A DNA stretch of 64,000 nt, from positions 32,001 to 96,000 of the IMG/VR virus record IMGVR_UViG_3300043409_001877; one strand, written 5' to 3'. Shown in pieces: positions 42,601 through 50,430 of the stretch. The position numbers and the translations under genes are program-made. The DNA is from a virus. The notes below the pieces were generated by a model. The model ran no database searches. It saw nothing but the letters and a program-made list of their open reading frames with translations, and was not told where the DNA came from. Position 1 is the stretch's first letter; the number at the start of each line of letters is the position of its first letter.

Positions 42601-44332
42601 ATTCTTCGTTACTTTTAACTTGATCACCATCAGCATCTTGTAATAAATAAAAAGGGTCTTCGTTTCTCGTTTTATTACCAATATAATAAAATCCAGTTGG
42701 GGCTTTTCCAGAACCAACACCTAGAAACCCTGTAATACCTTTAAAAAATTGAGCAATTTTAGATCCAACTTCAAATACACCACTTTGATAATCTATTAAA
42801 TAATCTGGTTGGTACTTATTCCTTTTAATGGTATTAAATAAGGCATATTTTTGACCGCTACCAGTGTGATTTAAATACCAAATATCTTTATCACTTCTGG
42901 CTGTTTTACCAATTAAATCGGCAACAAACCTACCTATTGCGGTTTTAGCTCCTGAATCGTATTCAGTTGTATTACCAAAACATTTTGGTGTATAATCAAC
43001 ATTGATATCTTTAATAAATGAAATTGGTGATGTAATACCAGCTAAACTAGCTAAAAATTCAGCACCTTTACCAATAATATTACTTGGTACTGTAATATCA
43101 TAATTAGCTTCAAATAATGGTTGTTTACCAGTTAATAAATTAAGAGCAGTTAAGGGATTTGTCATCGCCTCATCTAAATAAGTTCTACCAATAGTTTCTC
43201 TTTCAATAGCTCTTTTAATTCTACTCTCAAGATTAAATTTAAGTTCTAGAGCCGCTATATTCATTAATAACGTTTCATTTTCTAATATTGGTGTTGCACT
43301 ACTATTTAAAAAATAAGAAATAGGATCTGTATTATAACCACTTATGATTGATATAGGTGATGTTGTTGTTCTTAATGATAAAAAAGAACTTGGTGTGTAT
43401 TCTTCTGGATTAATAAATGTGTAAACACCAGAATTAAACGCATCAATATAAGGTTTTGTAAATGGGTCTGGTTGTAAACTTATTATTGTTGATTCGAATG
43501 TGTTATATTGAACAGGCATATACCTGTTTTGTTGTAAAGCTAAATCTAAGGTAACAAGAGCTGTTTGATTAGAATCAATACTAACACTAGTTGAATTTGG
43601 TACGGATAAATCATTAATAATCGTTAATTTATTAATCGTATCTAATAAAGATGTGTAAGTATACGCCCCATCACTTAAATCAAAGTAGATTGAATTATTT
43701 TCCGAAGGATCATTACTATCATATGGTTTATTTTTCTTAAGTAATTTAGCTCTTTCAATATTTGCTGCCGTATCAACCGTACCTGGATCAAAAACAGATT
43801 TATCACCTATAACAGTATCTAAACCTCTACCAGCTAAATATTGCTGTGTTAATCCAGCATTACTTGTTAAATTACCAATACCAGTTGTGATATCATTAGG
43901 TGTTTTAATATTTTTATTTAAAATGGTTTGTCTTGGTGTTACAGAATCAGCTACAACGTCACCAGGGTTAATAACATTAAAATCGTTTATAACGGTATCT
44001 AGACCTCTACCAGCTAAATATTGTTGTGTTATTGCTGAACTACCAGTCAAATCACCAATACCTGTTTTGATATCATTAGGTGTCTTTAAATTTTTATTTA
44101 AATCTTTTATCCTTGGTGCAACAGAATCTGTGACAACATTACCAGGATCTTTTAATGTAACTGAAGCTTTATCTGTTTTAATTATAGCATCTTTACCTAA
44201 AGCGTCTAAATATGCGGCATACATAGCCGCACCACTTAAATCAACTAAACCTAATACAATATCTGGTGGAGTTTTTAAGTTAAGCTTTAAAACTTCTTTT
44301 CTATAATCTTCTGATAATATTTTAAGACCCAT
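36680..44332 (-). CDS. Giant tail-tube initiator (gp48/gp54-like) with inserted OmpA-like domain, N-terminal 60-aa repeats and Ser/Gly linker
   Basis: FPPYDITFTDDTTANW..HQFLGRPEPIYTYNNSERSGSLSW and PPICILRIGDFY...ISYEP..WDL...PMIADIQLSFKYIG; located between the tape measure and gp53 genes. Confidence 0.7.
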   Translation of the reverse strand: MGLKILSEDYRKEVLKLNLKTPPDIVLGLVDLSGAAMYAAYLDALGKDAIIKTDKASVTLKDPGNVVTDSVAPRIKDLNKNLKTPNDIKTGIGDLTGSSAITQQYLAGRGLDTVINDFNVINPGDVVADSVTPRQTILNKNIKTPNDITTGIGNLTSNAGLTQQYLAGRGLDTVIGDKSVFDPGTVDTAANIERAKLLKKNKPYDSNDPSENNSIYFDLSDGAYTYTSLLDTINKLTIINDLSVPNSTSVSIDSNQTALVTLDLALQQNRYMPVQYNTFESTIISLQPDPFTKPYIDAFNSGVYTFINPEEYTPSSFLSLRTTTSPISIISGYNTDPISYFLNSSATPILENETLLMNIAALELKFNLESRIKRAIERETIGRTYLDEAMTNPLTALNLLTGKQPLFEANYDITVPSNIIGKGAEFLASLAGITSPISFIKDINVDYTPKCFGNTTEYDSGAKTAIGRFVADLIGKTARSDKDIWYLNHTGSGQKYALFNTIKRNKYQPDYLIDYQSGVFEVGSKIAQFFKGITGFLGVGSGKAPTGFYYIGNKTRNEDPFYLLQDADGDQVKSNEELIRVITHQVDTGTNTTSVYEEPGYDQVSQYGSLETDFVWKSSSAIDVVYDYKTKLGKHINVKFTDDNKLSYIKNRRNTFRECSILYKTSQLLEKGINGFGSPIDQTLTKFYDGYDFTSRGNATIAPVKIDKFNKQGEVIGYRYLIPGLDVSGKRNEDSMYYQAELCRVWTKARPYSKITDLVRYKELIRRERNSVLDRYGNLNIHPSELNVNDGYGREKGGFAAAQTEAFSEKRARKYMFSLENLAWRDTAQFTDLPNCEKGFNGGRVMWFPPYDITFTDDTTANWTTHQFLGRPEPIYTYNNSERSGSLSWKIVVDHPSILNLLTQKELAKLTDGEIDEILAAFWAGCVEFDIFELARIWNQFSQSDIDYFKKVIAGLNVKIPNEAIKKKIEKITVTKQPETIKVDSTNDQAVPVPSINGRSLFFENDVPLPIDKYNKKTTIYDTGRIERYPDYFDQYQKLSNGTLTGSDSVEKVKVFPGSVSDAWIRYNKTIGSGSAENYFFSEDPNNVGVDKGNWYGFNKQYKDIEKDLSDAKYKQFDLTITLDAYASPLGPDSSTSTYNEDLAKRRIISVSVWLILNVLVKVGKIYASEDGTDEITEAYMYSAEGFATTTYFTVYRDKGNGKRSKILFNGNPNAVLAASIFEEGNKENVYQNYKKTTAGSNKYFEVSAPPVGDINGTNLTYCCFESDKIAEKVKASNLLPSIPKTQIGSVEAKLNRPYEDVVCGALSIVTSHARRVQISVIVDAPEPAPPKVEVVPEPVDEYTTPPGDVPTNDRNVTKREIAQRILNKLINECDYFELLKKDAPIVYDSLKQKLKYFSPAFHAMTPEGLNARLTFLQQCLRPGETIKKDDSDGCDANNTAFGKPPICILRIGDFYNTKIVISNLNISYEPLVWDLNPEGIGVQPMIADIQLSFKYIGGSGLRKHVDELQNALSFNYYANTDIYDERTFANNDKDERNLINLERSYFDSNTLDLIPIVAAAERIVPQDFQSDIPYGTIGIITKRRQPTTAGGAYNNDILSAKTFSSGTVYQPYDIVSEGGKFYVRKADDELNISAKNTLNGSGAPVTSTTHWNEVIWRNYGEQPFRLEFSKTRPNINENGDATTGTTTGNSTTSDKYMSKTYFNSYEISYYELFQDLYKTYGKIVTNNFKFNTPYDKNTLLLQLALNKNYNKTLVTVNSAPLGLSGTDGSGGTDGSSGTSSASGSSGTSSARGTDGSSSNSDTGYFDDLSKLAYQDDKFGTFGTASSSGTSSTSSTSGTDGTSSGGKYYLYEVFKNEAAERNYVEFSEFGKLAAVNNQTLGTESIAPLKLHLYPQNNLYKIGDGKTVVSTSGTFNDATRFNPGNLNGGKINGVNAEPEVAGIFLKDFSNHRKNIDFMINGLSNEMSAKLKLDIAHFWHYDTSSKQAYNEYLKYFEVPYKAIFSDYLVGKLMDYTATITDHIDTILTSAEENTAKFGVLLSALSVVTEGYDLRTDETKIERFEVIPNDFKIGKGEYSAETVFGYDPYQKYQKMLLGTAETLKTGLTRTITLKKVRDFVYNRENSDADKINLLSMGNGPYFFKQITKDAEFKKLVPSGYTQDNYLVESTAIKENRVITGSTETSSLRPNFLLGVSGITLNTVYDKAGGVGETTVKSIQPPAPAPGASPIPVPGTYSDYYNMTYTFEKINYEVFDFSNKMLDIMVNDNFLSKKFDLDIMYGDETTEFARKLLALDPKAIDLFYYGANKNTLLNTPISYYTINTSSVGGTTTERYLTEINKFIKYGVEINSELVKDLSPGLNSLVAATKSKPIPVSGLVDMFFVGFFATLDDNDKENILKLIKAADKPKKLVTSGSTRQINSRYRKIEKTLTSTFKAIYKYRDDAIKKTTTLNTDYTKNIKKVNDSVVKIITETNSGETILDNPMFFESNLTRGNEVDYTLVLKDTVDVKKSVLDNYKIFTKYRNVFNIINQSEVPEVVEQATETELSKYNKGE
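38790..39045 (-). repeat. Low-complexity SGT/DGS/SSG repeats inside the 2550-aa gene
   Basis: SGTDGSGGTDGSSGTSSASGSSGTSSARGTDGSS and SSGTSSTSSTSGTDGTSS; the DNA word gctgaagatgttccgcttga is repeated. Confidence 0.75.
43780..44150 (-). repeat. 180-bp (60-aa) tandem duplication
   Basis: acctctaccagctaaatattg occurs at ~43823 and ~44003, exactly 180 nt apart; peptide NKN.KTPNDI.TGIG.LT....TQQYLAGRGLDTVI occurs twice, with degenerate flanking copies. Confidence 0.85.
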
Positions 44333-44365
44333 TTTTTTATTTAAATTCTATTTTTATATTAATTA

Positions 44366-47300
44366 TTAAGCGTATATTGGTGTTATAGGATCGTGAGTTC
44401 CACTCCTGTAATTACCAAAACCACCGCCATCAGCTTGGGATATACCTTTTAATCTAGCACCAAACATATCTGAAGCTCCATTAAATTGATCATGTGTTAT
44501 AAATCTACCATCTGGTGTTTGTAATGTTATACTACCTTCATGTCTAACAACACTAGAACTACCAGAGCCACCACCAGAACCACTACCGCCACCCATACTA
44601 GACATGGCTTCTTGAAAAGCTTTTTGTTGAATAAATTGATCCATGTTATTTTTAAATGAAGTGGTATTTAAGTTACCACTTTTATCATAATCACCAATAT
44701 TAGACATAGCGTCTTTAGCGGCTTTTTCGTGAATGAATTGAACCATATCACCTTTACCAAAATTACCAGTATATAAGTTACCATTTGAGTTTATAGCAAT
44801 CTGACCATCATCAAAAGCCCCCATTTCTCTAGCAGCATCAGCAGCATCAATAGCAAGTGAGGTTGCGGTTCCAACTCCAGGTGCAACCAAATCTAATAAA
44901 CCAGCGGCACCAGAAGCAACTTGTAATCCAGCACCAGCCCAATCGCCTTCCATAGCATCTTTGACAGCAAAACCAAGACTAACTAATGTACCAATTATTG
45001 GTATATGTTTTAATATCGTTTTACCAGCAACACCCATGGCGGCTTTTTCGCCAGCCATACCAATTTTTAAACCAACTTTACCCATAGTAGCCCCACCATG
45101 TGTAATCATGGAACCGCCTAACTTAGATAAACCTTGACCCACAACTTTACCACCAACTTTTGTAGCTAAACCAGGAGCCATTTTAGCTAAATTAATAGCG
45201 CCTTTACCAGCCTTACCATATTTTAATAAACCTTCACCAGCTGTTTTTGTGCCATCATCTGGTGGTAACATTTGTTCTTGTATACCAGAACCCTTGTACA
45301 TTGCAGCTAAAGCACCTGTCTTGTCAGAGTCAATTGCCTCTTGTTTCATTCTCATAGCCGAAGCTCTCATTTTCTTACCACCAAGAGCATCTGGCAATGC
45401 ATGACTAATACCCTCCATTATGGTAGCTATACCAATTTTTAAAAATGGCATTATACCTTTTAATACCGCAACTAATACATCAGTAAATAACACTTTAAGT
45501 GTTTGCCCAACATTCTTTAAAAAACCATCTTTATCAGCCCAAATAGCTGATATTTTTTCAAATATACCTTTAGCCCAATCAATTACTTTTTTGAAACCCT
45601 GAGTTAAGCCTTCGCTACCCATGATATCTTCGCTTATGAATTTAGCTAAACTAGTACCAGCTTTTTCGACCATTGCTAAGAAACTATCAAAATCTTGACT
45701 ACCAAATAATTTTGTGAATATACTTGAAAACCCCATGATAAATCTATCGTAAATCATTTCCAATCTTTCCATCATATTTTTACGACCAATTGCCGCCTCT
45801 TCATTTTTCTTTCTTGAATCTAGTATGGCTTTTAAACCATTCTTATCAGTCATGTTTGCTAATAAAGTTTCAACACCAGCGGAGTTTCTGATTACATATT
45901 GACCTTTCTCATTTAAACTCACTAAATTAGCTAACGCTGGTCTATCATCTTCAGATATCTGCATAAGATTAAATCCAGATTTTTGTAGCATAGCCATTTT
46001 ATCAGCAATCTTTCTTTGTTCAATAGCTGTTTGTACTGCTTCTTCATAGTTTTGACCTAAAGTTTCAGACGCTATTTTTAATGATTTTCTTTCTTCTGGT
46101 GGAATAAAATAATTTCCTTTGGAGTCTTTTTTAACAATTTCTGAAACAGTCGCTGCAAATTTTTCAGCCAAAGCTGTTGGGTCATTCATTGATTCAAAAG
46201 CTAACTGCATAGGGTCGCCAAAACTAGCAGCAAATTTACCACCTAATGTTTGCATTCTAGCGGCAGCTTCAACAGCTTTTTCTGGGTCAAAAAACGCATC
46301 AGCAAATGCTTTAGTTGATGCTACGATATCAAATCTAATAGCTGTCGCTTTTGCGGCTAACTTTGTTAAATTTTCTAAACCTTTACCAAAACCAATACCC
46401 GTTAAACTTTTAACTAACCCATCGTATGTTTTTAATACTTTAGTTGTATTAACATTATATCTAGCAGCTAAACCTCTTGCTTTATCGGTTAGGTTAATTG
46501 TTTTTTCAAGTGAAATACCTATGTTTTCAAAACTAGCCGCCATTTCGGAAGCCGCATCAACACCAAGACCTGTGCCCAAACCTAATTCAACTATTTTTCC
46601 AATTTGGGCTTCATTGAACATCATGTTTTTACCAGTTATTTCACTAAATTGTTGCATAACAGTAACAACATCTTTCATGCTACCACCAAACTTCATGGCT
46701 GATAAAGTTAACCCAACCATGTTATTCATTAAAACTTTTGATTCAATAGCTGTTAACCCTATATCGGCAGATAAATTACCAACAGCGCTTTGCATTTCTA
46801 AGAATACATTGAAAGCTGCTTTAAGTGGAGCTAAAAATAATCCAATTATTGTTTTACCAATTGTAAGTAATCCACTAATTATTGAACCAATAACGGGAAC
46901 TGCGCCAACAATACTACCAATACCATCTATAATACCATCAGCCGCTGCACCAATTTGACCACCCTTGGCGCTAAGTTTACCAAGAACTGGTATTGTTTGG
47001 CGCATCTGTTTTAAACCAATTAAGTTTTTTTGATTTTTAATTTGGATTGCATTGTATTGTTTTTTTAATGATTTTGCTTCGGAATCTTTGCCGAGTTTTT
47101 GCGCTTCATGTATCTTTTTTTGTATTCTGATTAAATCTTTTTCAGTTGAGGCTATATCTTTTTTTGCTTTCCTAACTTTATCAGTTTGAGACATTATCTT
47201 AGCACCAGAACTAACCATCCTTTTCATTACGTTAGCACCCTTATAATCGGATTTTAACATATCTCTTTTGGTTCCAAAGATATCCATTTGTTGTTCAGCA

Positions 47301-47413
47301 ATTTCTTCCTGAATTTCTTTAAGACGTTCCATGGATATAACGTTGTTCCTAAGTGCCTCTTCCCAAACACCAGCACCAGTCATTAAGTTATTAAATAAAT
47401 CTCCTTGAGCCAT
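44366..47413 (-). CDS. Tape measure protein
   Basis: 1015 aa, helical and Ala/Gly/Lys-rich with hydrophobic segments; IPIIGTLVSLGFA...EGDWAGAGL motif; lies between the chaperone and tube initiator genes. Confidence 0.8.
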   Translation of the reverse strand: MAQGDLFNNLMTGAGVWEEALRNNVISMERLKEIQEEIAEQQMDIFGTKRDMLKSDYKGANVMKRMVSSGAKIMSQTDKVRKAKKDIASTEKDLIRIQKKIHEAQKLGKDSEAKSLKKQYNAIQIKNQKNLIGLKQMRQTIPVLGKLSAKGGQIGAAADGIIDGIGSIVGAVPVIGSIISGLLTIGKTIIGLFLAPLKAAFNVFLEMQSAVGNLSADIGLTAIESKVLMNNMVGLTLSAMKFGGSMKDVVTVMQQFSEITGKNMMFNEAQIGKIVELGLGTGLGVDAASEMAASFENIGISLEKTINLTDKARGLAARYNVNTTKVLKTYDGLVKSLTGIGFGKGLENLTKLAAKATAIRFDIVASTKAFADAFFDPEKAVEAAARMQTLGGKFAASFGDPMQLAFESMNDPTALAEKFAATVSEIVKKDSKGNYFIPPEERKSLKIASETLGQNYEEAVQTAIEQRKIADKMAMLQKSGFNLMQISEDDRPALANLVSLNEKGQYVIRNSAGVETLLANMTDKNGLKAILDSRKKNEEAAIGRKNMMERLEMIYDRFIMGFSSIFTKLFGSQDFDSFLAMVEKAGTSLAKFISEDIMGSEGLTQGFKKVIDWAKGIFEKISAIWADKDGFLKNVGQTLKVLFTDVLVAVLKGIMPFLKIGIATIMEGISHALPDALGGKKMRASAMRMKQEAIDSDKTGALAAMYKGSGIQEQMLPPDDGTKTAGEGLLKYGKAGKGAINLAKMAPGLATKVGGKVVGQGLSKLGGSMITHGGATMGKVGLKIGMAGEKAAMGVAGKTILKHIPIIGTLVSLGFAVKDAMEGDWAGAGLQVASGAAGLLDLVAPGVGTATSLAIDAADAAREMGAFDDGQIAINSNGNLYTGNFGKGDMVQFIHEKAAKDAMSNIGDYDKSGNLNTTSFKNNMDQFIQQKAFQEAMSSMGGGSGSGGGSGSSSVVRHEGSITLQTPDGRFITHDQFNGASDMFGARLKGISQADGGGFGNYRSGTHDPITPIYA

Positions 47414-48051
47414 TAATTAAATTTGATTAAATATTTTGCGCCACTTATATTAGTTATGTCAGATATCTTATATGAAGTTTTATTAGCTGTTAATTCATTT
47501 ATGGAATTAGTAATACCAGCAGCATTTTTAGATGTAAAAAAAGATAGGTTAATACTCATTTCTAATAATTTATTACTTGACATAACTGAATTAATAGATA
47601 TTTCATCGGAAAATAAAAATTCAATTTCTCTACTAGATTGTAAAGATAATTTATTATTAATTTTAAAATTTCTACCATGTTCTGGTTTATAACCAGAAAT
47701 AGCGGTAAATGTTGTATCATCTAAATCATCAGTTAAAACATTATATCTTTTTAATAATCTATATATTGGAAAAACATATGACTCATAGTCACTTGGTAAT
47801 TGAATTAAATCACCAACAATAACTCTATCAGAACTACCAGAAAAAGCAGATTTAATGTTCTTTTCAGCACTTTTTGCATACGCACCAGCTGAACCTAATC
47901 TTGTTAAAGTAGTAGCAGCATTGCCACTTTTAGCTATTGCATCAAAATCCTGTTTAGTGTATTGTCCAGGTTTTTCGTCTATTTCATTGATTGTACTAAA
48001 ATCATTATCCTCGATCATTTTAATACGCTGTTTTATTTTTTCTATTGACAT
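47413..48051 (-). CDS. Hypothetical late protein
   Basis: 212 aa; TAATG coupling to the tape measure gene; TATTTAT motif upstream. Confidence 0.6.
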   Translation of the reverse strand: MSIEKIKQRIKMIEDNDFSTINEIDEKPGQYTKQDFDAIAKSGNAATTLTRLGSAGAYAKSAEKNIKSAFSGSSDRVIVGDLIQLPSDYESYVFPIYRLLKRYNVLTDDLDDTTFTAISGYKPEHGRNFKINNKLSLQSSREIEFLFSDEISINSVMSSNKLLEMSINLSFFTSKNAAGITNSINELTANKTSYKISDITNISGAKYLIKFN

Positions 48052-48086
48052 GAGCTTTTATTGTTTATTATAAATAGTTTTAAATT

Positions 48087-48112
48087 AAAAAAACCCACGA
48101 AATTGTGGGTTT
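48087..48112 (-). terminator. Rho-independent terminator after the chaperone pair
   Basis: Stem aaacccac / gtgggttt with a flanking A-run. Confidence 0.75.
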
Positions 48113-48116
48113 AGTT

Positions 48117-48365
48117 TTATTTTCTTTTAGAGTTAGCTTTTGCTTGTTCTCTTTCTCTATGGTCTTTAACTTTTTTGTTTTCATCCATTAGAATATCAAT
48201 AAAAGCCCTTCTTTCGTATACTGGCATATGTAGTATGTCAGCGTAACTAAAATTACCGTGTTTTATAAGAACATAGAATTCGTAAAGAACGTCTTTCTTA
48301 TAAGTCGAGGTAGGGCCAAAGAAACTTTGAGGTAATTGGAAGTTCACCAAAAAAAAATTCACCAC
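48117..48365 (-). CDS. T4 gp51-like / gpT-like chaperone segment, probably expressed as a frameshift fusion
   Basis: LYEFYVLIKHGNFSYADILHMPVYERRAFIDILMDEN resembles the gp51 pattern (..L..H..YS..E...M..WER..Y...L). It has no ATG before residue 47 and overlaps the upstream ORF by 68 nt in the +1 frame. Confidence 0.7.
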   Translation of the reverse strand: MVNFFLVNFQLPQSFFGPTSTYKKDVLYEFYVLIKHGNFSYADILHMPVYERRAFIDILMDENKKVKDHREREQAKANSKRK

Positions 48366-49050
48366 TAGGTGCTTGTATGTTAATGTCCAAATCTAAACCA
48401 GGTTCATTGTCGTTAATGTACTTTCGTAATTGACCTGAGTCGCTAACTGGCATTTGATCAATGAATCCTTGAATCTGTGCTCTGTCCCTTGTCCCTTCAA
48501 TTTCAGTGATCTGTGCAGCTAATCTCATTGTTAATAACTGTGAAATAGCATTGGTACCTAATTTTCTACGTCTAGCTTCATCTTCTTTAACTAATTTATC
48601 ATCTTCATCAGCTGTTAAGTATCTGAATTTAATTTTCTTCTTAGTTTTAGGTAAAAAGAAATCACATTCCCCATTTTCGTCAGGTTCAAGTGTAATCTCT
48701 TTTGAAATGAATTGACTTAAATCAATCTCTGTTTCAAATTTACTACCAGTCTTAGGGTCTGTAAGTTCAACTGGGTACATTTCACCGTAACCCGTAGCTC
48801 TTAAAAAGAATAAGATTGCATTTTTATCCCCAGAAAGCATTTGACCTGGTTTAATATCCTGATCGATAACTTTTCTATCCAATAAAACATCAATAACTTT
48901 ACCATTCTGTAAAAGGTTTGGTGAGGTTAAGATATTTTCATCAGCAGCGGTCAAATAAGCCACTTTAACGGTTGATTTTTTATTTTTGTAGAATCTACCT
49001 TGGGAAGGTAAACTAATCACGTCATGCGCTGGTTCCATCATTGTATCCAT
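48298..49050 (-). CDS. Tail/baseplate assembly chaperone, T4 gp26-like
   Basis: ISLPSQG..Y...V.VAYLTAADENIL...GDKNAILFFLRATGYG..Y; FFLPKTKKKIKFRYLT..DE; EPGLD. Confidence 0.82.
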   Translation of the reverse strand: MDTMMEPAHDVISLPSQGRFYKNKKSTVKVAYLTAADENILTSPNLLQNGKVIDVLLDRKVIDQDIKPGQMLSGDKNAILFFLRATGYGEMYPVELTDPKTGSKFETEIDLSQFISKEITLEPDENGECDFFLPKTKKKIKFRYLTADEDDKLVKEDEARRRKLGTNAISQLLTMRLAAQITEIEGTRDRAQIQGFIDQMPVSDSGQLRKYINDNEPGLDLDINIQAPSGEFFFGELPITSKFLWPYLDL

Positions 49051-49181
49051 AATATTTGTATTTATATTTTAATTATAATCTTTTATTAAATAGTGTAAAC
49101 TATATTTTTTATTTTTTTACCGTTTATTTGGATTTTGACGTTACACCCAAATATAAGTACTTATAATAATAATAATTAATT

Positions 49182-49580
49182 ATGGCTAAAAAGAAAGGTA
49201 AAATAGGTAAATTATTTAAAAAAATGAAAGGTACGTCAAATCTTGAAGTATCTTTTGCTGATTTGCTTGATAAATTGGGAGTTAAATATGAGCAACACTT
49301 TGTATTTAAAAAAAGAGAATATGATTTTTTATTGAATGATCATAATATATTAATTGAAACACATGGTTGTTTTTTTCATTGTTGTAAGGAACATAACCCA
49401 GAAGCTAAATACGCATTCCAAAGAAAAAATTTAAAGAATGATCAATACAAAGTAAAATTGGTTAAATTTGATAAAACCTATACTTTATTGGTAATTTGGG
49501 AACATGAGATAGAAAAGAAAAAATTACTAACCGAAAAAATAAATACCTTTATTGAAAAGTATACGGTACTTAATGGATAA
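49182..49580 (+). CDS. Vsr/DUF559-like PD-(D/E)xK endonuclease
   Basis: TSNLE...YEQH..EYDF...ILIETHGCFFH...ND..K...LLVIWEHEI; on the opposite strand to the tail genes. Confidence 0.75.
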   Translation: MAKKKGKIGKLFKKMKGTSNLEVSFADLLDKLGVKYEQHFVFKKREYDFLLNDHNILIETHGCFFHCCKEHNPEAKYAFQRKNLKNDQYKVKLVKFDKTYTLLVIWEHEIEKKKLLTEKINTFIEKYTVLNG

Positions 49581-49621
49581 AAAAAGACCCGCTTGCTGAT
49601 CTTACGGTAAGCAAAACGGGT
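49579..49621 (-). terminator. Imperfect terminator hairpin between the convergent tube and endonuclease genes
   Basis: acccg-c-ttgct ... agcaa-aa-cgggt with an A-run on the left side. Confidence 0.5.
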
Positions 49622-49648
49622 ACTGTTATATAAAATTTTAAAAAAGTA

Positions 49649-50137
49649 TTAGTAAACTAAGATACATCTATCAGGTCTTAGAGTTACCGTGATTTCAGCG
49701 ATATCTTCAGAGCTATAATCTAATGAGCCAAAGTCAGCGTTTGTGATAAACGTTCCTTGTAGAATCCATTTTTCAACAACAACACCTGTCGGATCTAACA
49801 TCTCCAATTCAATATCTTTCTTATAACCTGCTGCATAACCCATACGTCCTGTAACAGACTCGGCATGTAAACGCACCCACTCCATTAAAGCTTGAGCGGC
49901 TGAAGGGCCTATAGGATCTTTAAAAGTTACATCGATTGATTCCCAGTTAAATCTACCTGCAACATATGTTGAAGTATTTAAGAATGGTATCTCAACTTCA
50001 CCAATAGTAATCTTTGGTCTTGAAGATGAAATTACAAACCACTCGTTAATACCTAGTGAACTCGGAAATCTTAAAATAAACCTGTTCTGCTTTTTTGGTT
50101 CGTAAGGAACAGGCATTTTCATTAATAAATTAGCCAT
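49649..50137 (-). CDS. Tail tube protein, T4 gp19-like
   Basis: YEPKKQNRF, RPKI...EIPFLN...YVAGR..WESIDVTFKDPI...MEW...YKKDI.LEMLDPTG..VEKW.L.G.F....FGSLDY. Confidence 0.92.
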   Translation of the reverse strand: MANLLMKMPVPYEPKKQNRFILRFPSSLGINEWFVISSSRPKITIGEVEIPFLNTSTYVAGRFNWESIDVTFKDPIGPSAAQALMEWVRLHAESVTGRMGYAAGYKKDIELEMLDPTGVVVEKWILQGTFITNADFGSLDYSSEDIAEITVTLRPDRCILVY

Positions 50138-50262
50138 AATTTTGTATTTTTTTAATTTGTGTTATTTCTTTATATAAATATCTAGCAATATTGCTTTGTT
50201 CTGATACTTTTTTATTTATTTTTGCTTTTATTATAAATAGTTCAATATTTTTTTTAAAACGC

Positions 50263-50293
50263 TTGACTTTACAATTTATTTTTCCTAATATTG
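50263..50293 (+). promoter_or_regulatory. Host-RNAP-type promoter firing into non-coding DNA, antisense to the tail operon
   Basis: TTGACT-N17-TAATATTG, the same consensus as at 23935-23965 and 55323-55353. Confidence 0.65.
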
Positions 50294-50399
50294 TATAGGG
50301 CCTTTAGTTATGGTTCTGTTTAATGGTTCTTTATATAATAACAATATTAATAATAAATACTTTAATAAACATATAAATAGGCCCTATATTATATAGGAA
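50282..50399. repeat. Inverted repeat flanking an AT-rich core
   Basis: Perfect 10-bp arms tatagggcct (50294-50303) / aggccctata (50379-50388), extending imperfectly to ~22 bp; internal direct repeat atggttct x2. Confidence 0.75.
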
Positions 50400-50430
50400 T
50401 TTTTTATTGATTTTTCAAATTTTAATTTAT

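Noticed and set aside
46119-46958. 279-aa plus-strand ORF antisense to the tape measure gene (and the many 60-160 aa antisense/nested ORFs in the track)
   Set aside because: These are shadow ORFs within well-supported genes, mostly with TTG/GTG starts and no motifs; the codon bias of the real gene explains them.
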